Shown: one piece after another, positions 12,074 through 27,000 of the stretch
Numbering within the stretch: position 1 is the first letter of the stretch
How the letters are laid out: each line of letters starts with the position of its first letter
Origin: Ylistrum balloti
Lineage: Eukaryota
NCBI RefSeq assembly: GCF_031769215.1
Contig: NW_026782623.1
Location: 62,001-126,000 of the forward strand
Direction: 5' to 3'
Length of the DNA: 64,000 nucleotides
Translations under genes and position numbers: made by a program
Notes under the pieces: generated by a model
Databases searched by the model: none
Told to the model about the DNA's origin: nothing
The model's input: the letters and a program-made list of their open reading frames with translations, nothing else

Positions 12074-15000
12074 ATGTCATCAATGGCTTGTCGCAGACGG
12101 ATCTTTTTGAAGATTTGTCAGAATCCATCTTTTTGTTCAACACAGTGTTATGCTTCTAGATCATTTACAACAGAGACTTGTAACTCTCCCGAAACAAACA
12201 CTGATGGCGCCCAAAAACACCAATACAATTATACTGGAAGGAGATATGTAAGCAAAATGTACCAAAATTTAGGAAACATTTACCCAGAAAGCAGCAAGTT
12301 GGTCTGCCAGAGTCACAAGGTAAAGAACACACACTTTTCAAAAAAATAAATTATGCATAAATCATTCTAATTTCATATCTACATGTACATAACTATAATA
12401 AGAAAATTGCATAACAATGACTTTGCTTGTATATTGTTACGTTGATATATACATGTATATTACTTTTATCTCCATTTAGTCTCCTTGTATAACTTGTATA
12501 TGTACAGATCTTCCTTTTTTAATAATGTACATTGTGTACAAATCCTCATTTTGAATGCTTGTATAGTTGTAAATATACACATCCTTCATTATCGTTCATG
12601 TACAACTTGAACAAGTCTTCTTTTAAAAGCATCGTAATTTGAACAAATCCTCTTTTGTTTTGCCTCTAAACTTCTACAACCTTTATAATTATTGTTTAAG
12701 CTGTGTAATTTGTTTGTACAAATATTGTTATAAACTGTATACAACTTGGTTTATTTGCTTTACTACTGTTTATAAGACATATTTTCTTTTTTTTTCTATT
12801 TTCAGCTTTTCCTATATGCCAATATCATACAACAATGTCACGTCGGAGGCTACAACCTTCTACCATTAGGTCAAAGGGTACAGGACAAATTAGTGAAGAT
12901 CATTGATCAAGAGTTGGAGAGGATTGGGTGTCAAAAAATGTCCATGACAACATTGGCTCCTGCAAAGTTTTGGAAGAAAACTGGTGAATATTTTAATATT
13001 TCATAATCTGTGGAAAGAAATTCTTGAAATTTTCTTCACTAATCTGTCGATACTGTCATATTTTGTTTGTGAGAAGTCAATGTTGTTTTGTGTTCCCTTT
13101 ACAAATACATTTTTTTAAAATGTATACTGACTGCATGAAAATAACGTAAGCAATGTGTACAACACCTTATCATCCTTGATTTCTCTTTTTTTAATAGGAC
13201 GTTGGGATGCCATGGGAAATGAACTATTCCGTTTAACAGATAGAAAAAGGATTGAATTTTGCTTGGGACCAGTAAGTTTAGGTCTTTCCTTATCAGTTTA
13301 ATTAATGTCATAATTACATATGAAATAACAAGACTCTAGCAATAAAATCACTGTTGTGTGATCTAGAAAATGTACTGAGATTCAGATATGCCAGAGTTGT
13401 TTCACTTGTGATGTTTTATTTATTAAGTCTTCTGTGTTCAGATAATTTACTTTTGCTTGCAAGTGCTTGAAACATTTAACAGGCAGTTATGCAGTAACTT
13501 AAATTCAAGAAAGAAAATTATTTACTTTAATGTTTTATTCATATTAAATTTGAAAGACACAACATGAGTGGACTTAGCAAGTGAAGCTATTAAACTTTTA
13601 AGTATTAAAATTGCACTGAAGCATAATATTTCTGTGTATGTAACTTTTTTAGACCCATGAAGAGGTGATCACAAACATACTTGCCACTGGCCCATTATTA
13701 TCATACAAGCGCCTACCAATGAAAATGTATCAAGTAAGTTTTATAACCCTGAGACAGCCAAACAGTACTGTGCTGTAGGTCAGTATTCTTTAACCTCAAG
13801 TGATATGTGAATGTTATCAGAAAACCAACCAATTACTAAAAAGTATTTAACATCAATATACTTGTTTAAAAGTCATTAAATGCAAAATTGCATTTCACAA
13901 AAAAACTTTTTTATAATGAAGGAATTCGAAATGCTTTAATCACTCTGAAAGATGTAAAATTGTACATCATATATGTTAATATTTAAAATGGTTCTGTAGA
14001 AAGTAAATATTACTTATTGGATACATTTGTAAATTGTGATGTTTTGTGTGAAATCAGTTAAAACATAAGTACTACACATTAAATGGCTCATTTAACTTAA
14101 TTCTTCTGTAAATTATCATATATTACTTTCAGATAACCAGAAAGTTTCGAGATGAAAATTCTCCTAAATATGGCTTCCTGCGAAGTAGAGAGTTTGATAT
14201 GAAAGGTAAGAAGAACAACAAAAGCTACCTGTAAATATTTTGATATGTCTGTTTGGAATGACTCAAAAAAATATAAAATCATTCTGTACTATACATGTTT
14301 GATTAAACTACCATTTGGTTTTCTGTGTAATTTTGTTAACACTTAAGAATCATGGGTAAAATAAGAAGAAGATAGTGGAGAAATTTTTTATAGAAGTACG
14401 CAGTGAATGGATTTACTTACACAAAAGCAGATTTTTTCTTAGAGTGATGTATCATTGAGCAGCATTGTTTTATTGACATGATTTAGTGTTGTACTTTAAA
14501 GGATGTAGGGATTTTGCAGCAATGGTTGTTAGCTTGACAGCTTGGATTTGATTGGTTTTCGAGTCTGACTGTGATGATTTGATTGGTTGTCAAGTTTGAC
14601 CGTGATTATTTAATTGGTGTATAAGTTTGACAGGGACAGTCTTATTGGTGTACAAGTTTGATAGTGATGGTTTGATTGGTTGTCAAGTTTGACCGTGATT
14701 ATTTAATTGGTGTATAAGTTTGACAGGGACAGTCTTATTGGTGTACAAGTTTGATAGTGATGGTTTGATTGGTTGTCAAGTTTGACCGTGATTATTTAAT
14801 TGGTGTATAAGTTTGACCGGGACAGTCTTATTGGTGTACAAGTTTGATAGTGATGGTTTGATTGGTTAACAAGTTTACTAGTGATGATTTGATTGGTTTA
14901 TAAGTTTGAAAGTGATGAGCTGATTGATGTACAAGTTTGACAGTAATGATCTGATTGGTATACAAGTTTGACAGTGATGAGCTGATTGGTTTATAAGTTT

Positions 15001-18000
15001 GACATTGATGATCTGATTAGTTGTTACAAGTTTGACATTGATGATCTGATTGGTTGTTACAAGTTTTACATTGATGATCTGATTGGTGTACAAATTTGAC
15101 ATTGATGATCTGATTGGTTGTTACAAATTTGACATTGATGATCTGATTGGTTGTTACAAGTTTGACATTGATGATCTGATTGGTGTACAAATTTGACATT
15201 GATGATCTGATTGGTTGTTACAAGTTTGGCATTGATGATCTGATTGGTGTACAAATTTTACATTGATGATCTGATTGGTTGTTACAAGTTTGGCATTGAT
15301 GATCTGATTGGTGTACAAATTTGACATTGATGATCTGATTGGTTGTTACAAGTTTGACATTGATGATCTGATTGGTATACAAGTTTGACAGTGATGATCT
15401 GATTGGTATACAAATTTGACATTGATGATCTGATTGGTATACAAGTTTGACATTGATGATCTGATTGGTATACAAGTTTGACAGTGATGATTTGATTGGT
15501 TTAAAAAATTTCATTATTTTAGATTTGTACACATTTGATGCTTCATTGGAGGAAGCAACAGAGACCTATCATACTGTGTGTACAGCCTATAAACAGATCC
15601 TGGATAGGCTAGGACTGGACTATGATATAGGTAGGTACTCTCAACCCAGGCTAGGACTGGACCATGATATAGGTAGGTACACTTAACCCAGTCTAGGACT
15701 GGACCATGATATAGGTAGGTACACTAACCCAGGCTAGGACTGGACCATGATATAGGTAGGTACACTAACCCAGGCTAGGACTGGACCATGATATAGGTAG
15801 GTACACTTAACCCAGGCTAGGACTGGACCATAGGTAGGTAGACTTAGGCTAGGATTGGACTATGATATAGGTAGGTACAATCAACCCAGGCTAGGACTGG
15901 ACCATGATATAGGTAGGTACTCTCAACCCAGGCTAGGATTGGACTATGATATAGGTAGGTACTCTCAACCCAGTCTAGGACTGGACCATGATATAGGTAG
16001 GTACACTAACCCAGGCTAGGACTGGACCATGATATAGGTAGGTACACTTAACCCAGTCTAGGACTGGACCATGATATAGGTAGGTACTCTCAACCCAGGC
16101 TAGGACTGGACTATGATATAGGTAGGTACACTTAACCAAAGGCTAGGACTGGACCATGATATAGGTAGGTACACTTAACCAAAGGCTAGGACTGGACCAT
16201 GATATAGGTAGGTACACTTAACCAAAGGCTAGGACTGGACCATGATATAGGTAGGTACACTTAACCAAAGGCTAGGACTGGACTATGATATAGGTAGGTA
16301 CAATCAACCCAGGCTAGGATTGGACTATGATATAGGTAGGTACAATCAACCCAGGCTAGGACTGGACTATGATATAGGTAGGTACTCTCAACCCAGGCTA
16401 GGATTGGACTATGATATAGGTAGGTACACTTAACCCAGGCTAGGACTGGACTATGATATAGGTAGGTACTCTCAACCCAGGCTAGGAGTGGACTATGATA
16501 TAGGTAGGTACACTTAACCCAGGCTAGGACTGGACTATGATATAGGTAGGTACACTTAACCCAGTCTAGGATTGGACTATGATATAGGTAGGTACTCTCA
16601 ACCCAGGCTAGGACTGGACTATGATATAGGTAGGTACACTAACCCAGACTAGGAGTGGACTATGATATAGGTAGGTACACTTAACCCAGGCTAGGACTGG
16701 ACTATGATATAGGTAGGTACACTAATCCAGACTAGGACTGGACTATGATATAGGTAGGTACTCTCAACCCAGGCTAGGATTGGACTATGATATAGGTAGG
16801 TACAATCAACCCAGGCTAGGACTGGACTATGATATAGGTAGGTACACTAACCCAGACTAGGAGTGGACTATGATATAGGTAGGTACACTTAACCCAGGCT
16901 AGGACTGGACTATGATATAGGTAGGTACACTTAACCAAAGGCTAGGACTGGACCATGATATAGGTAGGTACACTTAACCAAAGGCTAGGACTGGACCATG
17001 ATATAGGTAGGTACACTTAACCCAGGCTAGGATTGGACTATGATTTAGGTAGGTACTCTCAACCCAGGCTAGGACTGGACTATGATATAGGTAGGTACAA
17101 TCAACCAAGGCTGGGACTGGACTATGATTTAGGTAGGTACACTAACCCAGGCTAGGACTGGACTATGATATAGGTAGGTACACTTAACCCAGGCTAGGAC
17201 TGGACCATGATATAGGTAGGTACACTTAACCCAGTCTAGGACTGGACCATGATATAGGTAGGTACACTTAACCCAGTCTAGGACTGGACCATGATATAGG
17301 TAGGTACTCTCAACCCAGGCTAGGACTGGACTATGATATAGGTAGGTACAATCAACCAAGGCTGGGACTGGACTATGATTTAGGTAGGTACACTAACCCA
17401 GGCTAGGACTGGACTATGATATAGGTAGGTACACTTAACCCAGGCTAGGACTGGACCATGATATAGGTAGGTACACTTAACCCAGTCTAGGACTGGACCA
17501 TGATATAGGTAGGTACACTTAACCCAGTCTAGGACTGGACCATGATATAGGTAGGTACACTTAACCCAGTCTAGGACTGGACCATGATATAGGTAGGTAC
17601 TCTCAACCCAGGCTAGGACTGGACTATGATATAGATAGGTACACTTAACCCAGGCTAGGACTGGACTATGATATAGGTAGGTACACTTAACCCAGGCTAG
17701 GACTGGACCATGATATAGGTAGGTACACTTAACCCAGTCTAGGACTGGACCATGATATAGGTAGGTACACTTAACCCAGTCTAGGACTGGATCATGATAT
17801 AGGTAGGTACACTTAACCCAGTCTAGGACTGGACCATGATATAGGTAGGTACACTTAACCCAGGCTAGGACTGGACCATGGACTAAGATAAAGGTAGGCA
17901 CTGTCAGCCACTCTGGATCAGGACTATGATAAAGGTAGGTACTAGTCATTCAGGGACTGTTGATAACACCTAATTATCTGTACTTTCTGTGATTGATGAT

Positions 18001-21000
18001 AACACCTCATTAACTGTACTTTATGTGATTGATGATAACACCTCATTAACTGTACTTTATGTGATTGATGATAACACCTTATTAACTGTACTTTATGTGA
18101 TTGATGATAACACCTCATTAACTGTACTTTATGTGATTGATGATAACACCTCATTAACTGTACTTTATGTGATTGATGATAACACCTCATTAACTGTACT
18201 TTATGTGATTGATGATAACACCTAATTAACTGTACTTTATGTGATTGATGATAACACCTCATTAACTGTACTTTATGTGATTGATGATAACACCTCATTA
18301 ACTGTACTTTCAGTGATTGATGATAACACCTCATTAACTGTACTTTATGTGATTGATGATAACACCTAAATAACTGTACTTTCAGTGATTGATGATAACA
18401 CCTCATTAACTGTTCTTTCAGTGACTGGCTCTACTGGCAACATTGGAGGAAGCATCTCCCATGAATTCCAGATCAGGGCAGACATTGGAGAGGACACAAT
18501 TCATGTTTGCAAAAAGTTTGTATAGTTGACTACATCTTTATATATTTATTTTTATATGTGTACGCTATTATACAAATACAATATATGTACATTAGGGAAA
18601 ATATGGTATATCCTTTAAAATCTTTGAAATTCAGTTGAAATTGGTGTAAAGCATAATTCAATGAGGGAAAATCAATTGTGTATAAACTGTTCAGTCCCCC
18701 TGGGTGGGAGGGGCAGGGCCAACAGTGTAAATAGGACAAACTCTTTAAAATCCTTCTACTTCTGTAGGAATGCTTAAATTTTGTCCCAATTTTATCTGAA
18801 GCATGCTTAGGTCAATCAATTTTGTATAAACAGTGGATCTCAACCCACTAGGGCAGGAGGGATGGAGCCTAATATTGGAAATACAGCATATCATTTGAAA
18901 TCCTTCCTCTGTTGGAATGCCATGATTCTGTCTCAATTTTGTCTGAAGCATGTTGGATTGAAGGAGATTCAGTTTTGTATAAATGGTGGGTCTCAGCTCT
19001 TAGGGGCAGGAAAGAAAGGAAAGGGCCCAAAAGTAGAAATAGAAAAAAACCTTTAAATCCTGTGTTTGTGGGAATGCCTTGATTCTGTCCCAATAACAGA
19101 GGAAATGAAGCAAGAATCCCTCCTTTCATACAAGTATATTGTCCAAGTTTGATCTGAAGCATTCCTTGGACAATAAGACTTAATTTTGTATCTCGGAAAT
19201 TATTCTTCCTTTTTGAAATTCTGTGTTGAATGACTGACTGGCTCAATTAGCCAGATGAGCGATGCAGGCCCCAAGAGACTCTTGTTTTTACTGCAAATTT
19301 GCTGTAATATGGAATTCCCAAGATTTAGAAGCAGCGAAAGAAAGTTGGGGTACAGTATTGAAAATGTGAGCAGTATGTTGACACAGTATGTTGACAAACT
19401 ATTTTTGCAAGGAATGCTTTTTACCTCATTTTAACCATTTTAATTTTTTAGGTGTGGATTTGGAGCTAATGCTGAAACTACAGGTGAGATTGTCTTATAA
19501 GCTTACTACAGTCAAACCTCGTTAACTCGAAGTCGATGGGACCACGAAAATACTTCGAGTTATCCGAGTCTTCGAGATAGCCGAGTTCATGAGTTTTGGT
19601 GCAAAGATTTTTAATGTTCCTGACGTTCCTTGTACTTTTTGTCACTTTTTGGCTATATACAAGCTTGATGTAGATTCCGGTAATAAGCAAACATATTTTG
19701 TTCTTGATCGTTGAAAAACCAGAATTGATAATTAAATTGACTTCGACATTTCGAAACGGGTATGATTTCGGTGAGAAACACCCCTGCTTTTATCCCTATG
19801 TGACACTCATGACATCTCCTCACTAATTCTGCCCTAAGTACTTCGACGCTAATTAAATAATTGTTTCACTCATTTGTCGGTTTAATTGAGCACAGGTGAC
19901 CGTTTCATGCGTACTCCTGTAAAAACATTAAGCCTAGTACTGGGCCAGTGTTGTGATTGTTTTCTATAGCTTAGTTCCGCTTCACTGAGTGTATACACAG
20001 GTCGGTGTTTGTTATGGCTGACAGACACGGAAATTACGCAATGTGAGTAGAACTTCACTTTTTATCGCCGATATCTATCAATTATAAGATCTAACGGTTA
20101 CCTTTTATCATTCAATTAAATAACAATAAACACTTTTCTAAAACATGAATATTGTTAATTACAGTATTGTTCATTAATATTCACTTGTAAAGCCTATTGT
20201 CGGTAAAATTGCAAAACGGCGTAGCGCATCAGCAATGTAATTGACCGGCACAAAATTTATACTTCGAGTTTTCCGATCATATTCAGTATATGTTTTGTTG
20301 TTGGGACCAAATTTTTACTTCGAATTAACAGAGTTTTTCGAGTTTTCCGAATTCGAGTTTTCCGAGTTTTGATTACTAGAATAAAGAGAAGATTTTGCCG
20401 GGACCGACAAAGTGCTTCGAGTTAAACGGGGTCTTCGAGTTTTCCGAGTTCGAGTTAACGAAGTTCGACTGTAATTGTTTTAATGATTTTGTACAATTAA
20501 ATGTTTATGGTGTTTAATAACAATATTGGTAAAGTATAATGTTATACAAAATTGTTCAAGTGGTATATGAAATGTCTAACTTATCCATGTCTAACTGCCC
20601 TGGTGGTTTAACATTATAGCCATAGCTACTAATTAGTGCTAATTTTTGTGTATGATTTAAATCTTGCTTGATACATAAATATATATTCTTGTTAATTTCT
20701 TTCTGTTTTTAGAGGCAAAGAACAAGATATGCTCAGAAAATCCATGTGAATTGTCAGTTTCTTCATCAATAGAGGTAATGCTTTAGTACTGTAATCCACA
20801 TCACTGATTTAACAGTGGATTATATTGACTATAAACATAAGCTGTACGGGTCTGTATCATTGAGTTTGATATGTACCAGTATGTTGGGAATACAGTAATG
20901 GACAACATCTCTTTAGAATATTTCTGTATCATTGAATTACTTCGTAAAGTCATTTTAAGTTAAATGTTTATTAAAGTAATTTCAGATGTAGTCCATCCAT

Positions 21001-24000
21001 AACACATCTTGCATGCTATATAGTACAACACACTTGATATTAAAGTATTTAAAAACAAAATGGAAAAAATTAAGAGAAATTCTTAGGATAGATTCAGACC
21101 AGTTAACGACCAGTCCTATGACAGAATTCACTGATGCCAGCTAGCATGTTACTGCTATGACATATCAAACTATGAGATGAGTATTGAAGGGAAGTAAATC
21201 TGAATATATATGAAAAAAAAACCCATTTCTTTCAATAAGGGTTAGGTAATTCCAAATTTAACAAAATCTCTCTGAATTTTAAATCTTCTTGAATGCCAGA
21301 TATGTTAGGGAAGATAAATCGAGAAACCCAAAGAGATATGAGTCATGCATCAGACAACAACGTGAAGTATTCAGTATAAATTAGACCTACTGAATATTGG
21401 GTAGATTTTGCATAAACTACCTGTTTAATTGATAAAGCACCTTATTAATATATATGATTTACCAGTATGTATGGAAATGTAATCTGCAGATTACAGAAAG
21501 GATATTAAGACTAACACTTTGTATTTTCCAATTTGTCTATTTAATTTGAATAATACTCTTTGCTTGACAAATTTACGAGATTTAAAACCAGCATTCCCCT
21601 AAATCTTCTGTAAAACCTCTACTTCTCACTGATAAAATAACAGCCTGATGCGATGAGATAACAGCCTGATCTGATAAATAACAGCCTGATCTGATAAATA
21701 ACAGCCTGATCCGATGAAATAACAGCCTGATCTGATGAGATAACAGCCTGATCCGATGAGATAACAGCCTGATCCGATGAAATAACAGCCTGATCTGATA
21801 AAATAACAGCCTGATCTGATGAAATAACAGCCTGATCTGATGAAATAACAGCCTGATCTGATGAAATAACAGCCTGATCTGATGAAATAACAGCCTGATC
21901 TGATGAAATAACAGCCTGATCTGATGAGATAACAGCCTGATCTGATGAAATAACAGCCTGATCTGATGAAATAACAGCCTGATCTGATGAAATAACAGCC
22001 TGATCTGATGAAATAACAGCCTGATCCGATGAGATAACAGCCTGATCCGATGAGATAACAGCCTGATCTGATGAAATAACAGCCTGATCTGATGAAATAA
22101 CAGCCTGATCTGAAATAACAGCCTGATCTGATAAAATAACAGCCTGATCTGATAAAATAACAGCCTGATCTGATAAAATAACAGCCTGATCTGATGAAAT
22201 AACAGCCTGATCCGATGAGATAACAGCCTGATCTGATAAAATAACAGCCTGATCTGATGAAATAACAGCCTGATCCGATGAGATAACAGCCTGATCTGAT
22301 AAAATAACAGCCTGATCTGATGAGATAACAGCCTGATCTGATGAAATAACAGCCTGATCTGATAAAATAACAGCCTGATCTGATAAAATAACAGCCTGAT
22401 CTGATGAAATAACAGCCTGATCTGATGAAATAACAGCCTGATCCGATGAGATAACAGCCTGATCTGATAAAATAACAGCCTGATCTGATAAAATAACAGC
22501 CTGATCTGATAAAATAACAGCCTGATCTGATGAAATAACAGCCTGATCCGATGAGATCCGATGAAATAACAGCCTGATCTGATGAAATAACAGCCTGATC
22601 CGATGAGATAACAGCCTGATCCGATGAGATAACAGCCTGATCTGATGAAATAACAGCCTGATCTGATGAAATAACAGCCTGATCCGATGAGATAACAGCC
22701 TGATCTGATAAAATAACAGCCTGATCTGATAAAATAACAGCCTGATCTGATAAAATAACAGCCTGATCTGATGAAATAACAGCCTGATCCGATGAGATAA
22801 CAGCCTGATCTGATAAAATAACAGCCTGATCTGATGAAATATAACAGCCTGATCCGATGAGATAACAGCCTGATCTGATAAAATAACAGCCTGATCTGAT
22901 GAGATAACAGCCTGATCTGATGAAATAACAGCCTGATCTGATAAAATAACAGCCTGATCTGATAAAATAACAGCCTGATCTGATGAAATAACAGCCTGAT
23001 CTGATAAAATAACAGCCTGATCTGATGAAATAACAGCCTGATCTGATAAAATAACAGCCTGATCTGATAAAATAACAGCCTGATCTGATAAAATAACAGC
23101 CTGATCTGATAAAATAACAGCCTGATCTGATAAAATAACAGCCTGATCTGATGAGATAACAGCCTGATCTGATGAAATAACAGCCTGATCCGATGAGATA
23201 ACAGCCTGATCTGATGAAATAACAGCCTGATCCGATGAAATAACAGCCTGATCTGATGAAATAACAGCCTGATCTGATGAGATAAACCAACTCAGTTGTT
23301 TATTTGCCTGACATTTGTAATTTCTTTTTTCAAGGTTGGACATTCTTTCCTGCTGGGAACAAAGTACTCTGAGCATTTTGCTGCGAAATGCATCAACAAA
23401 GATGCAAACAAGAAGTATGTGATATATGCTTACTTGTGATCTTTATTTACTGTTATCTGTATACTTAGAGAACATTTCAGCTCATTTACACTCAAAACTA
23501 TGTATCATGTTAACCATTAGTGTTATGCTAGCATCATTACATGTTAGGAATACTTACTGAACTTTTATGGCGAACAGGTTGCTGGTTCAAACTACAAACA
23601 ACAAGCAGTTTGTGCTAGGTTTTCAGGTACTTGACACATGTACCTGTATTATTGTTCTTTAATGATTTTTGACTTAATGGCTTCTCACACAATATTAAAA
23701 TTGTTTAGGGTCATTGAAGTAAACATGCATGTGACAATGGGAGACTTGGTCAGAAAGTACATGTAGAACATTAAAAGGTCTCTGAAATGTAAATACTATT
23801 CTTTCGACCTATTCACCCTCAGAAAAGACACCAGTAGTGTAGAAATGTGGAGTATTTTACTTCTATAATGATTTTATACGGTCTTTCCTCCAGCACCCTT
23901 TGAGGAAAAAAAGTAGTAAGTGAAAAGACCTTTTAGGAATATGTTACACATATACGTGTAAATTTTTTCATTAAGTTTAATGTGGGAGGGGGGAGGGGTA

Positions 24001-27000
24001 TTTTTTGTCCAGACGAGCCTAAAAGTGTTTTTCTGTTTCTGTAAATATTTAAAATGTTGTCTGGGTAAGTGTATATTAGGGTGCTACTCTTCCTCAGATA
24101 TCACAGTAAAACTTGGCTGGTGCTGACAGAGACTTAACCACATTCTTATGAAACAGAAGGGAGTGAGTTTATCACCAGTTACAGGGAATATCTTGGTTAA
24201 TTACTATTACATCTATATTATGTTCAGAATTCTGATCTACCTGTTTGTTTCACTTTTGTTACATTTGGTTTTATATTCTACACACGAGGGAGATGATCTA
24301 GGGTTTTGTGTGCCTGTAAAAGAGGGAAGGAATGGAACTACACCACTGAAACAGTATGTCAATAGACTGAGGAATAATAAGTTGAGATACTTGTTATGAG
24401 TAAAATATGTCCTGTTTCAGTTTGTATCAGATGGGATGCTATGGACTTGGTGTATCTAGAATAATGCAGGCTTGTGTTGAAGTTTTATCTACAGAGAAAA
24501 AGATAGTGTGGCCCCAGCTACTAGCACCATACCAATTCTGTATTATACCATTAGAAGTAAGTATTACACCTAGATCAGTCTCATTACCTTAGATATATTG
24601 ATAATGTACATGATGTATGATTAACGAGTAATTCCAATACATCAGATATATATTGTTATGTATTAACAGTAAGGTATTATAGTAAGGTAGTCTCATCATG
24701 GGAGAAAGTATTGTTTCAATACTTCTACTGTTTTTATGATACCTTATCAATCAGGATATATCTAGAATATATTTACCATTAAAAAAATGAAGATATGCAC
24801 AACACTTTCGTAACATATTTTTGATAGGGTAGTTTTAATTTCTGTTACATATTTTTAATGGATTATCTCAATATCGACAAGTTAATGGATTAGTTTCAAT
24901 ACCTACAAGATATATGTTATGTATCATTAATGGATGAGTCTCAATACCTACAACTTAATGGATTAGTCTCAGTACCTATGAGTAAATGGATTAGTCTCAG
25001 TACCTATGAGTAGATGGATTAGTCTCAGTACCTATGAGTAGATGGATTAGTCTCAGTACCTACAAGTTAATGGATTAGTCTCAATACCTCCAAGTTAATG
25101 GATTAGTCTCAATACCTATGAGACATATGTGATGTATTATTAATGGATTATCTCAATACCGACAAGTTAATGGATTAGTCTCAATACCTATGAGACATAT
25201 GTTATGTTTTATTAATGGATTAGTCTCAGTACATTGTTATGTATTTATATTGAGGTTATCTCCATACTTACTATGAGATATACTGTGACTGTTAGTATGT
25301 ATTAGTTGTAGAGAGAATTACATGCAGTATTTTTTTTTTCAGTCCAAGAGAGAATGTCTGTCCATAGCTGAATCTCTGAGTGACGAGTTAAACAAACGAA
25401 GTGGTCTATCTGGTGAAGTTGTGATAGATGATCGAGACAAAAAAGTGACTTTCCGATTGTTTGGGGCAAAAGCCATTGGCTACCCTTATATAATAACAGT
25501 TAAAGACAAGGTATCTGTTACATTCTCTTGTATCTGAAGATTTGTAAATCTTTATTACTTCAATTTTAGTTTTCCTGGTTATGTCATATAGAGAAGCCCT
25601 TGACCTTGATGGTAAAGTGATCCGCTGTTCAATTTACCATTACAGTGAAACGATCCCCCACTGCCCCCCACACACACAAAACCACCCACCCATACACCCA
25701 TACACACACACACACCCTCATTCTCACACACACTCACAACCATACACCCATACACACACAAACACAACCATACACCCACACCTTCCATCTCTACCCCTAA
25801 TCTGTGGTAAAATGAAGTCCCCTATTATTTTGCCTAGTTTGGATATGATTGCAGGTTTGTGTCTTGTATGATCACTGTCTGGTGTTTTGTATGATCACTC
25901 TCTGGTATTTTGTATGATCACTGTCTGGTGTTTTGTATGACCACTGGCTGGTGTTTTGCATGATCACTGTCTGGTGTTTTGTATGATCACTGTCTGGTGT
26001 TTTGTATGATCACTGACTGGTGTTTTGTATGATCACTGTCTGGTGTTTTGTATGTGTTTTGTATGATCACTGTCTGGTGTTTTGTATGATCACTGTCTGA
26101 TGTTTTATATGATCACTGTCTGGTGTTTTGTATGATCACTGGCTGGTGTTTTGTATGATCACTGTCTGGTGTTTTGTATGACCACTGTCAGGTGTTTTGT
26201 ATGATCACTGTCTGGTTTTTTGTATGATCACTGACTTCTGTTTGGTATGATCACTGTCTAGTGTTTTGTATGATCACTGTCTGGTGTTTTGTATGATCAC
26301 TGTCTGGTGTTTTGTATGTGTTTTGTATGATCACTGTCTGCTGTTTTGTATGATCACTGTCTGGTGTTTTGTATGTGTTTTGTATGATCACTGTCTGCTG
26401 TTTTGTATGATCACTGTCTGGTGTTTTGTATGATCACTGTCTGGTATTTTGTATGATCACTGTCTGGTGTTTCGTATGATCACTGTCTGGTGTTTTGTAT
26501 GATCACTGTCTAGTGTTTTGTATGATCACTGTCTGGTGTTTTGTATGATCACTGTCTGGTGTTTTGTATGTGTTTTGAATGATCACTGTCTGCTGTTTTG
26601 TATGATCACTGTCTGGTGTTTTGTATGATCACTGTCTGGTATTTTGTATGATCACTGTCTGGTGTTTCGTATGATCACTGTCTGGTGTTTTGTATGATCA
26701 CTGACTGGTGTTTTGTATGATCACTGTCTGGTGTTTTGTATGTGTTTTGTATGATCACTGTCTGGTGTTTTGTATGATCACTGTCTGTTGTTTTGTATGA
26801 TCACTGTCTGGTGTTTTGTATGATCACTGTCTGGTGTTTGGTATGATCACTGGCTGGTGTTTTTTATGACCACTGTCTGGTGTTTTGTATGATCACTGTC
26901 TGGTGTTTTGTATGATCACTGACTTCTGTTTGGTATGATCACTGTCTACTGTTTTGTATGATCACTGTCTAGTGTTTTGTATGATCACTGTCTGGTGTTT

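Noticed and set aside
21619-23376. Long ORFs of 585 and 554 aa (SDQAVIS / IRSGCYF repeats)
   Set aside because: They are translations of a 21-bp intronic satellite on the strand opposite PARS2. The same applies to the ORFs in the arrays at 6.3-7.3, 7.7-8.1, 14.9-15.5, 17.1-18.4, 28.2-28.7, 35.5-36.5, 44.6-46.0, 56.2-57.2 and 62.0-62.6 kb.
25579-25871. His/Thr-rich and Val/Gly/Cys-rich ORFs
   Set aside because: They are translations of a CA-rich low-complexity intronic tract.
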